Below are positions 18,504 through 26,436 of a DNA stretch of 47,211 bases, one piece after another (within the stretch, counting starts at the first letter, position 1; each line of letters begins with the position of its first letter). The stretch is from Gemmatimonadota bacterium. Its GTDB lineage: Bacteria; Gemmatimonadota; Gemmatimonadetes; Longimicrobiales; RSA9. The stretch lies in assembly GCA_040905425.1 (NCBI GenBank), contig JBBDRO010000028.1, positions 2,265 through 49,475 on the forward strand, given 5' to 3'. A program made the translations under genes and the position numbers. The notes under the pieces were generated by a model that was not told the origin of the DNA, did not search any database, and worked only from the letters and a program-made list of their open reading frames with translations.

Positions 18504-21500
18504 CTACCCCGCCGCCGCCAGTACGTCGGGCAGGAAGGCGTCCAGTTGCTGCGGATCGCGGCACACTCCGAACCGCCAGCGCCCCAGCCTGCCCCAGTTG
18601 GTGACGGCGTCAGCCCAGCGTTCGGCGGCGGTGTGCTTCTCGCGATCCTCTTCACGCTCGTAGCCCTTCACCTCGAGCACCAGGTGCGTCCCGTCGGCGA
18701 GCCGCACCACGAAATCGGGGAGGTAGCTGCGGGCCAGCCGGTTGAACTCATAGGGGATGAGCAGCCCCAGGTGATCGTTACGGACGTAAGCCGAGACGCG
18801 GTCCGAGGCCTCGAGGGCGAACGCCGTTGCCTGCTCCCAGGAGCCGGTGTCAGCCGCGACCAGGTTGACGTGACTCCGCCGCGTTTCGAAGCACGGCTTC
18901 ACGGTCTTGAAATCCACGCTCCCCGAATCCAGGATGGGCCGGTACCGATTCAGTAGCGGCAGGAGCTTCCGCTCGCCCGCGGCCTCATCCGGCCGGATGG
19001 CTGTAAAGACTCGATTGGCAATCTCTCCGGCGTAGCGGTCGAGGCCGATCTCACGCGGGTCGCAGCCGCGGAAGTCGACGCGGCGCTCCGTGTACGCCCG
19101 GACGATGCTGAACGCCTGGGGAAAGAGCTGGTGGGCGGCCCCGCGACCGGCACCGCCGTCCTGGGCCCCCAGGATACGCCGCACCACCTCACGGGCGATC
19201 TCAAACTGGATGGTCTGCAGGTGCGTGCTGTCATAGTAGGCCTGCCGGTTCTGCTGCTCCATCTGGAACCCGCCGCCGAGCCCTGGCTTGCCGCCGGTCC
19301 CCACCTGCGGCTTCACGAACACCGCCTGCGGCGCCTCGACGGGATCCAGGCGCAACGCAGCAATGCCGTCCACGTCCGCACGGATGGCGTTGCGATGCAA
19401 CGCGAATGCGTAGCTCTCCACCATGGGGAAGCGGATGGCCAGATGCGCCTGCTCCGGGAGGGCCCTGACGTGTTTCTGTGGCGGCGGATCCACGGGCGTG
19501 GCGTCTGTGGCGCGGCCCCGGAATGGCAGTAGCGAAAACGGCACCCCGTACACATCCACGTACTCCTCGGTGAGGAGCCCCGTCTCCGGGTCGGGCACGT
19601 AGTCCATGCGCCGCAGGCCACGGCCCACCACTTGCTCGCAGAGGAGCTGGCTGCCGAAGGCCCGGAGCCCCAGGATGTGGGTCACGTTGTTGGCGTCCCA
19701 CCCCTCCGAGAGCATCTGCACCGAGACTACGCAGCGCACCTGCTCTCCCGGCTTCCCCACCTGCCCCACCGTGGCCACGATCTCCCGCAGCCGCTCGGCG
19801 GCATCGGCCCTGCTCCCCGCCTCCACGCGGGACTCCGCCTCCTCCAGCAGCTTCGAGTCGATGCGGATGGTGCGCAGAGGCTCGGCGGCGGTGTTCGACA
19901 GGAGCTCCGGGAAGACGTCTCCTTTTCCGTAATGGATCACCTGCTTCTTTCCCAAGCGACGACGCGGCGCGGCGTCTTCCGCATCCGCCACCTCGTCCGC
20001 GTCCTCATCTTCCACCTCGGCCTCGTCTACCACCTCCTCACCGGAGATTTTGCGGAAGAAGATCTCGGCCACCTGGGTATTGTCGCAGACGATGATGAGC
20101 ACGGGCGGGGTCCGGTCCACCCCCGGGCCGGTGGCCTCCTGGAGCTGCTCGAAGCGCTGCTTCCACTGGGCGGCCAGGGTAAGGAGGGCGTCCTCCGCCT
20201 CCCGCCACACCACCTCCGGCTTCGGCTTCCCCCGCACCAACTCGGCACGCTGGAGGTCTGCGGTGATGTGCCGCCAGAGGGCGTAGTACTTGGGCTCGGG
20301 GCGGCCGCTCTGGTCGGCCACGGGGAGCCGTGGGATCTTGACGATCCCCGACTCGATGGCGTCCACCAGGCCGAAGTCGCTCACCAGCCACGGGTGGGGT
20401 GAACCCTCCGGATACCCGCTCCCAGCCAGGTAGAACGGTGTGGCGGACAGGTCCACACAGAAGGACACACCCGCGCCGGCGTTCAGCCGGTCCAGCCCTT
20501 CCACCCAGACGGTGGCCTCCTCCCGCTCCTTGCGCTCCTCCCGTCCCACGTTGTCCTCACCCGTGGGGGCGGGCCGGTAGGCGTGGTGCGCCTCGTCGTT
20601 CAGCACCATGAGGGGACCACGGTCGTAGAGGTCCCCGAGCACACGCCGACCGAACGCTTCCGGCCCTTCTTGTCCCTTGTTGACCACCGTGTAGGTGGAC
20701 CCGCTCTCGGTGTGGGGGGACTCGGGGAGGAAGCGGTGCCAGTTCTCCACCATCACCCGCCCCTGGCGGAGCTCCGTGAGCAGGGAGGAGGGCACCAGGT
20801 CGAAGGCCTCGTAGTAGTTGTCCCGGGCCTCGGGCCGCAGGACCCGCAGCCGCTCCTTCACCGTGAGATTCGGGCACACCACCAGGACCGCATCCGCAAA
20901 GCGGCGGTCCGCCCGCCGCCGGCCCCGGTTGCAGAAGGACCAGGCAATCAGCATGGCCATGACCACGGTCTTGCCGCTCCCCGTGGCCATCTTACAGCCG
21001 AGGCGCACCAACTCGGGGCCGCCCGCAGGCGAATCCCCCAGCCGAGGATACCAGGCCTCCTCACCCTCCACGAACCCCGGCCGCTCGCCGAGCTTGAGCC
21101 TACCGAAGTCTTCCCGCGAGAGGTTCAGCTTCCGCCAGGGCAGAGATTTCCCCGCCTCCAGGATCTCCCGCATGTAGATGAGGGTCTCCACCGCCTCCCG
21201 CTGGCAGAAGAACAGCCGGCGGGGCAGGTCGGCGCTGGCCCAGTGGCGGAGGAGCGTCCGTGTGACCTGCTCCGCACCGGGATAGCCCGCCTCCCGCCAG
21301 CGCTTCACATCGGCGCGCAGGAGGTTTACCAGTTCCAGCTCGTCCCGGTTCTCCTCCGCCATCATGTCGAGCTGCGCGGCGCCGGTGCGACGGCTGGTGT
21401 AGAAGTAGCTGGCGGGCCTGCGTCCGGGTGCGCGCGTGGGGGGCGCGCCCTCGGCGTCGTAGACCCAGTGCTCCGCGGGCTCCTCGTAAGGGCAGCAGAG

Positions 21501-21563
21501 GATGGGGCGGGAGACCGCCTGGACGGGCGGCGTGGTCGGGATGACCTTGGCCTTCCTGGTCAC
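18504..21563 (-). CDS. Type III-like restriction endonuclease subunit (SF2 helicase + PD-(D/E)xK nuclease)
   Basis: MATGSGKT, DEAHH, SATP, MLSEGWD, QVVGRGLR, PDFVV...LEVKG motifs. Confidence 0.9.
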   Translation of the reverse strand: MTRKAKVIPTTPPVQAVSRPILCCPYEEPAEHWVYDAEGAPPTRAPGRRPASYFYTSRRTGAAQLDMMAEENRDELELVNLLRADVKRWREAGYPGAEQVTRTLLRHWASADLPRRLFFCQREAVETLIYMREILEAGKSLPWRKLNLSREDFGRLKLGERPGFVEGEEAWYPRLGDSPAGGPELVRLGCKMATGSGKTVVMAMLIAWSFCNRGRRRADRRFADAVLVVCPNLTVKERLRVLRPEARDNYYEAFDLVPSSLLTELRQGRVMVENWHRFLPESPHTESGSTYTVVNKGQEGPEAFGRRVLGDLYDRGPLMVLNDEAHHAYRPAPTGEDNVGREERKEREEATVWVEGLDRLNAGAGVSFCVDLSATPFYLAGSGYPEGSPHPWLVSDFGLVDAIESGIVKIPRLPVADQSGRPEPKYYALWRHITADLQRAELVRGKPKPEVVWREAEDALLTLAAQWKQRFEQLQEATGPGVDRTPPVLIIVCDNTQVAEIFFRKISGEEVVDEAEVEDEDADEVADAEDAAPRRRLGKKQVIHYGKGDVFPELLSNTAAEPLRTIRIDSKLLEEAESRVEAGSRADAAERLREIVATVGQVGKPGEQVRCVVSVQMLSEGWDANNVTHILGLRAFGSQLLCEQVVGRGLRRMDYVPDPETGLLTEEYVDVYGVPFSLLPFRGRATDATPVDPPPQKHVRALPEQAHLAIRFPMVESYAFALHRNAIRADVDGIAALRLDPVEAPQAVFVKPQVGTGGKPGLGGGFQMEQQNRQAYYDSTHLQTIQFEIAREVVRRILGAQDGGAGRGAAHQLFPQAFSIVRAYTERRVDFRGCDPREIGLDRYAGEIANRVFTAIRPDEAAGERKLLPLLNRYRPILDSGSVDFKTVKPCFETRRSHVNLVAADTGSWEQATAFALEASDRVSAYVRNDHLGLLIPYEFNRLARSYLPDFVVRLADGTHLVLEVKGYEREEDREKHTAAERWADAVTNWGRLGRWRFGVCRDPQQLDAFLPDVLAAAG

Positions 21564-22654
21564 GTCTCCTCCTCCGCCGACTCGACTGACTCTGTCGTAC
21601 GCAACTCGTTCTCCAACTCCGCGACCGTGGGAAGTGCTCCTTCGAGACCTTCTGGAAGCGTTGCCGTATGGCGGTATTCAGCCACTCCCATGGGCTGGCT
21701 CATGCCGCGCAGAGCATACTCCACCACCAAGCGGTTCCGCTCCTTGCAGAGGATCAGCCCGATGCTGGCGTTGTCATCCTGATGGCGGATCCGCTCGTCC
21801 ACGGCGGCCAGGTAGAAGTTCATCTTGCCTGCGAACTCCGGCTCGAAGCGGCCCATCTTCAGGTCGATCACCACGTAGCAGCGCAGGCGCAGGTGGTAGA
21901 AGAGCAGATCCAGCCGGTACTCGCTTCCCTCGACGTCGAGCGGGTACTGGCTCCCCACGAACGCAAAGCCCAGCCCCAGCTCGAGGAGGAAATCTTTGAG
22001 ATGAGCCAGGAGACCTCGTTCGAGATTGCGCTCCTGCACAGTGGCTTCGAGTCCCAGAAATCCGAAATTATAGGGATCCTTCAGAAGTTCGCGGGCAAGG
22101 TCCGATTGCGGCGACGGCAGCGTAGCGTCGAAGTTGGTGATGGCCCTGCCCTGCCGGAGGTGCAGCCTGGATTCGATCTGGTGCACGAGCACGTTGCGGC
22201 TCCAGCCGTGTTCCAGAGCCTGGGCAGCGTACCAGAGGCGATCCTCGCGGTTCTCCAGCTTGTCGAGCAGGACCACGTTGTGGCCCCAGGCAATTTGTGC
22301 AACAGCCTGTTGCACGATTGCTTCGTCTGGATAGGCCGCCGCAAACGCCCTCATGTACCGCAGATTTCGCCCGGAGAATCCCGTCATTTCCGGAAAGGCC
22401 CTGCGCAGGTCGGCGGAGAGGCGGTCGACCACCTTCCCTCCCCAGCCGACCGCGTCCTGCCGAGCAAGGATGTCCCTGCCGACCTGCCAGTAAAGCTGCA
22501 CCAACTCCCTGTTCACCGCTACCACAGCCCGCACCGAAGCTCCGCTGATCCTCTCCTTCAACCCGCGCAGGAGCGCACCGTATTCGCCCGCCTCGGCAGC
22601 GTCTGCTCCGGGCCCGGAGCTGGTTCCGGAGCCACCCCCGCGAGCAAGCGGCAC
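21560..22654 (-). CDS. yhcG: YhcG/DUF1016 PD-(D/E)xK nuclease-domain protein
   Basis: NRELVQLYWQVG, GFSGRNLRYMR, KDPYNFGFL, ELGLGFAFVGSQ, DLLFYHLRLRCYVVIDLK, GKMNFYL. GTG start 22654. Confidence 0.9.
   Translation of the reverse strand: MPLARGGGSGTSSGPGADAAEAGEYGALLRGLKERISGASVRAVVAVNRELVQLYWQVGRDILARQDAVGWGGKVVDRLSADLRRAFPEMTGFSGRNLRYMRAFAAAYPDEAIVQQAVAQIAWGHNVVLLDKLENREDRLWYAAQALEHGWSRNVLVHQIESRLHLRQGRAITNFDATLPSPQSDLARELLKDPYNFGFLGLEATVQERNLERGLLAHLKDFLLELGLGFAFVGSQYPLDVEGSEYRLDLLFYHLRLRCYVVIDLKMGRFEPEFAGKMNFYLAAVDERIRHQDDNASIGLILCKERNRLVVEYALRGMSQPMGVAEYRHTATLPEGLEGALPTVAELENELRTTESVESAEEET
22291..22320. repeat. Imperfect palindrome inside the yhcG coding sequence
   Basis: CAAT-tt-GTGCAACAG-c-CTGTTGCAC-g-ATTG, encoding IVQQAVAQI. 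Confidence 0.8.
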
Positions 22655-22655
22655 C

Positions 22656-25640
22656 TCAGTCCTCTCCCGTGAGCCGGTGCACCCGCATGACCTCATTCCC
22701 CCGCGGATCGATGACCTTCACCGCCACCCGCTTCTTCTCCCCCGCCCGGAACGGCAACGACCGGGTCCCGGACAGCGCGTCGAAGCGCTCCTCGTCGATA
22801 GTGCCACGGAGGGCCCGCTCCAGCTTCTTCCACGCCGTGCGATCCGGAAAGAACGCCTGGGTGATGCAGAACGTCCGGCCGTCGTAATCCGTGTCCAGAA
22901 ACCACGCCGCCACCCGGTCCGCCCGGGTGGGATGGATGGTGTTGGCCACCGGGTCGTAGATGTCCACGCCCTCCATCTCCACCACGTACTCCTCCCCCTG
23001 CTTCTCCAGCGTCGTGCGGGGCTGACCGAAGACAGTGAAGAGCTGGCTGTCCGCGGCCGTCTTCAGCAGGTCCCCCATCTGCACGTCGGGGGCAATGTGG
23101 GCCAGGTGCGTGCGCACGTGGGGGTGCAGGTCATCCTGGATGGCGGCCTGGGCGGCGCCGTCGAAGGAGAAGCCGGCAAAGACAATGTCATCCGCGCCGC
23201 GGCGGTTGGCCTCCCGGAGCGCCTCCTCCACCTGTGGTGCACTGACGGCCCCGTGCTCAGGACCAAGGGACACTACTATGCGACGAGGCTCGTCACCTTC
23301 CATGGCTCCTGCCCACTCTCCCTCTCCCTGCAGCGCCACGCCGGCCTCCACCCGGTCCAGCCGCTCGAACAGCTGCGTGCGGTTGTCGGGAAAGCGGATG
23401 CCGGACTTCAGGAGCAGCCGGAGGATGCGGTCCACGTAGCCCTCGGCGTTGGCCGCCTCGGCCTCCGGGTCAAAGGTCCCGAGCTCCTCCTCCGGCCCGC
23501 CGCCGAAGCCGCCCTCCTCGGACAGCTCGGCCGGCATCACCGCCTCCATCGTGAACGGGCCTGTTACACGTGTAACACCCTTCTCCACGTCCGGCTGGTC
23601 CACCAGCTCCTCCTGCGGCGCACTGGCGGCAATGGTGTCATTCACCTCGTCCATCTTGGCGCGCCATGCCTTCCGGTAGGCCGTCAGCGCCTCCTGGAGG
23701 GGCGCGGGCCAGTCCTCGTCCGTGTCGAAGGGGACCTCCCACTCCTGCCACTCGGATTCCGGCAGCTTCCAGCGACGGGTGTCCGCGTCCGTAATGGCGC
23801 GCTTCCCCTCCGCCTTCTGCTTGTCCACAAGCTTGCGGGCCAGCTTCTTCCGCAGGTCCGGGGTGACGTGCTGCTGGAGAGCGGCGTTCAGCTCGGCCAG
23901 GCGGGCGTCCAGGACCTTCTGGTGGCGCTCGAAGATGGGATCGAGGGCGGTGTTCTGGGCTATGGACTTCAGGGTGATGTGCGGGACCGTCCTGTACTTG
24001 AAGCCACGGCCCGGATCCGCCTTGCCGTCCGACGCGTCGTCACCCTCGACGGCATAGTGGTCGAATGTGGAAGTGAGGAGGCGCTGGCGGGCCAGCGAGA
24101 GGGCCACCCGCGACGTGTCCATGGTGATCCAGCGACGCCCCCACTGCTCGGCCACGTAGGCGGTGGTGCCGCTGCCGCAGGTGGGGTCGAGGACGAGGTC
24201 ACCGGGGTCGGTGGTCATGAGGAGGCAGCGCTCGATGATGGTTGGGTTTGTCTCGACGACGTATTTCGGATTGGGAGCGCCACCCAGCCCCGTCCAGAAG
24301 TTGGTTATCGCGACTCCTGGGAAGTCGTCAATGAAGTTCTTATACCGAAGCTGGTTCTTTCCAACAAACAGACGCCCCGAAAGATCTAGCCTTCGCATGC
24401 CTGAGAGGCCGCCGTCAGTCGGAACGGCAGTCGTCTTCCAGCACGCACCCCGACCCGGATTATAGGTTTGACCCCGAAAACCGTACGGAAGTGACTGATT
24501 GGTCCGCTCTCCGCCGCTCGTGAGCGGATTAGATGCAAAAGGGCGGTCCTCTTCGTTGGCGTCACTTGTTCGCACTTCCGCGCCGGTAGCCTGTTCGGCG
24601 AAGCGATAGCTCTTACCGACGCGTGCGTGGTCGCGTCTAACCGTATGCAACCGTCGAAATTTCTGTTTCGCGACTTCCTTGTTTCGCGTGTACCAGAGCA
24701 GATAGTCATTGATTGGCTGAACGAAGTCGCCCTTCTGACTGCCCTTCTTCTGTACGATGAACGTCACAACATAATTTTCCGGCTGGAACACCTCGTCCAG
24801 AACTGCCTTGGCCCGATGGAGATTGTCATCACCAATTTGTACGAAGATGCTGCCGCTGTCCGCGAGTAGCTCCCGTGCCATCATCAGCCGGTCGCGAAGG
24901 TACGCGAGGTAGGAGTGCACACCCAGATGCCATGTGTCCCGGAAGGCCTTTATCATCTCGGGCTCACGGGTCAGGTCACGGGCACGATCCGTGTCGCGAT
25001 TTGGGTGGCGCCCGATCTCCGGCTGGAAGTTTGACGCGAACCTGATCCCGTACGGCGGGTCCATGTAGATCATCTGGACCTTGCCGGCCAGGTCCTCCCG
25101 GTGGGCCAGGGAGGCCATGACCTGGAGGGAGTCCCCCAGGATCATGCGATTGGCCCAGTCCACGTCGTGCTCGTAGAAGCGGACGGCCTCCCGGTAGTCC
25201 TGCTTGGGGTCCGCGAAGAGATCCTTCTGCACGTCCTCCCGCTTCACGGCGGACAGGATGGCCTGGGTGGAGACCCGCTCGTGGATGTGGAGCGCCACGG
25301 GGTCTACCACGAACTCCTGCGCCTCCCGCTTCCCCGTCCATTCCAGCCACGGCTCCCGCTGGCGGAGCATGTCCCGGAGCTCGGCGGTCTCCTCCTCCGT
25401 GAGCGGGCCGTCCATGGCCTGGCCCAGGAGGGCGTCGGCGCGGTCCCAGTAGCCGGTGGGGTCGGAGCGGAGGACGGGAGGCAGGTGGGGGTCGTAGGCG
25501 TAGTGGAGCTTCGGCGTCTCCCGGGTCTTGCCCTGGGAGGCCAGCCCGGCGGGCGGGTTGTTCAGCCGCTTCGCGTCGTCGTGCCGGTAGTCGGACACGT
25601 TGCCCGTGTTGCCGCCTGCCTTCTTTTTTCGACCCGCCAT
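22656..25640 (-). CDS. Type III-like DNA methyltransferase (Mod; beta class, N6-A/N4-C)
   Basis: IYMDPPYG (motif IV) precedes VLDPTCGSGTT (motif I). C-terminal AVKVIDPRGNE. ATG 25640 behind GGGAGG. Confidence 0.92.
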   Translation of the reverse strand: MAGRKKKAGGNTGNVSDYRHDDAKRLNNPPAGLASQGKTRETPKLHYAYDPHLPPVLRSDPTGYWDRADALLGQAMDGPLTEEETAELRDMLRQREPWLEWTGKREAQEFVVDPVALHIHERVSTQAILSAVKREDVQKDLFADPKQDYREAVRFYEHDVDWANRMILGDSLQVMASLAHREDLAGKVQMIYMDPPYGIRFASNFQPEIGRHPNRDTDRARDLTREPEMIKAFRDTWHLGVHSYLAYLRDRLMMARELLADSGSIFVQIGDDNLHRAKAVLDEVFQPENYVVTFIVQKKGSQKGDFVQPINDYLLWYTRNKEVAKQKFRRLHTVRRDHARVGKSYRFAEQATGAEVRTSDANEEDRPFASNPLTSGGERTNQSLPYGFRGQTYNPGRGACWKTTAVPTDGGLSGMRRLDLSGRLFVGKNQLRYKNFIDDFPGVAITNFWTGLGGAPNPKYVVETNPTIIERCLLMTTDPGDLVLDPTCGSGTTAYVAEQWGRRWITMDTSRVALSLARQRLLTSTFDHYAVEGDDASDGKADPGRGFKYRTVPHITLKSIAQNTALDPIFERHQKVLDARLAELNAALQQHVTPDLRKKLARKLVDKQKAEGKRAITDADTRRWKLPESEWQEWEVPFDTDEDWPAPLQEALTAYRKAWRAKMDEVNDTIAASAPQEELVDQPDVEKGVTRVTGPFTMEAVMPAELSEEGGFGGGPEEELGTFDPEAEAANAEGYVDRILRLLLKSGIRFPDNRTQLFERLDRVEAGVALQGEGEWAGAMEGDEPRRIVVSLGPEHGAVSAPQVEEALREANRRGADDIVFAGFSFDGAAQAAIQDDLHPHVRTHLAHIAPDVQMGDLLKTAADSQLFTVFGQPRTTLEKQGEEYVVEMEGVDIYDPVANTIHPTRADRVAAWFLDTDYDGRTFCITQAFFPDRTAWKKLERALRGTIDEERFDALSGTRSLPFRAGEKKRVAVKVIDPRGNEVMRVHRLTGED
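23562..23577. repeat. Perfect 16-bp palindrome TGTTACACGTGTAACA (parS-like) inside mod
   Basis: Read directly. Encodes V-T-R-V-T using only A/T-ending codons. Confidence 0.9.
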
Positions 25641-25842
25641 GGCGCAGTTCGCCTCCCGTCGTCGGGGGTGATTGGAAATGGGTGCGATCACGAGGTGGCG
25701 TGCCGCATCGCTCGATGGCGTGGACGCCCGTCGGTCCCAAAGTAAACGTTGCGGCTGCCCGCCGCGACGTACGTGCGGGCGCCGCGCGCGCAGAGTGTAC
25801 GCGCGAGGCTGGACGGGGGACGTCGCTTACGACGTACGAGGG

Positions 25843-25866
25843 GTCACCCCACCTCACGGCATGTTT
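25843..25866. repeat. 24-bp direct repeat, copy 1 (GTCACCCCACCTCACGGCRTGTTT)
   Basis: 23/24 identical to 26197-26220. Confidence 0.9.
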
Positions 25867-25897
25867 TCTGTCCCCCGGTTCAGCAGCCCGGAGGGCT

Positions 25898-25911
25898 TGT
25901 TACACGTGTAA
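25898..25911. repeat. Degenerate copy of the palindrome (TGTTACACGTGTAA)
   Basis: First 14 bases match the 16-mer. Lies just downstream of the polA remnant stop. Confidence 0.9.
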
Positions 25912-25924
25912 TTCCTTCTCGAAC

Positions 25925-26053
25925 TCACTTGCACTCGAACCAGTTGCCGTACACCTCGGGCACGTAGCGGCGCCGACCGGTGATGGTCTCGACGTAGCCC
26001 TGCTGGCGGGCCTTTGCGATCTGCTCATCCAGCCAGCGGCGCACGTGGGCGAA
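25925..26053 (-). pseudogene. polA: Internally deleted, diverged polA 3' remnant
   Basis: Translates to FAHVRRWLDEQIAKARQQGYVETITGRRRYVPEVYGNWFECK*. 25952-26053 has 13 mismatches in 102 nt against 26746-26847. 25920-25946 is identical to 26432-26458. Confidence 0.9.
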
Positions 26054-26196
26054 GTGACGGTTTATCGCTCACGGATTCGCGGCAAGCTTCTTTGTCGCTC
26101 ACATAGGCGCCATAAGTGATCGACAAAGCCGGTTCCAGCGAAACTCTGCACATCAACCCACCTCCCGCCACTCAGCGATATCGAGAAGAGCTGGCT

Positions 26197-26220
26197 GTCA
26201 CCCCACCTCACGGCGTGTTT
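26197..26220. repeat. 24-bp direct repeat, copy 2
   Basis: 23/24 identical to 25843-25866. Confidence 0.9.
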
Positions 26221-26225
26221 CCTTT

Positions 26226-26384
26226 TCACCTGTCCAGCAACCAGTCGGACGCCGCGCGCCATTCCAGCCGCCCGGGTAAGGGCCGCGACGGCGGCGTGGG
26301 GTCCAGAGTTATGAAGATCGGATGCGCCTCCGGATACGCCTCCGAGGCCATGGCCAGGGAGCGGACTTCCCGCTCCCTTTTTGT
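26226..26384 (-). pseudogene. Possible C-terminal remnant of an AAA+ ATPase (COG1373/DUF4143-like)
   Basis: Manual translation TKREREVRSLAMASEAYPEAHPIFITLDPTPPSRPLPGRLEWRAASDWLLDR* resembles the RE.R.L...ITL...WLL tail of that family. Recognised from memory only. Confidence 0.4.
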
Positions 26385-26408
26385 ACTTCTGACAAGAGTA
26401 AACGAACC

Positions 26409-26424
26409 TGTTACACGTGTAACA
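26409..26424. repeat. Perfect palindrome TGTTACACGTGTAACA 12 bp downstream of the polA stop
   Basis: Read directly. The 35-nt context is 30/35 identical to the copy in mod. Confidence 0.9.
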
Positions 26425-26436
26425 CCCTCCGCGAAC

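Larger units (their letters stand above)
17237..26436 (-). mobile_element. Integrase-free defence islet (fic, res, yhcG, mod plus gene scars) between ssb and the polA 3' end
   Basis: Cluster of defence-type genes, lower-GC patches, duplicated polA 3' end at the right border. Boundaries approximate. Confidence 0.6.

Noticed and set aside
17223..25683. GAAATGGGT at 17223 and 25675 as attL/attR of the islet
   Set aside because: Only 9 bp, no integrase, and it would separate mod from its upstream region. Chance is plausible.
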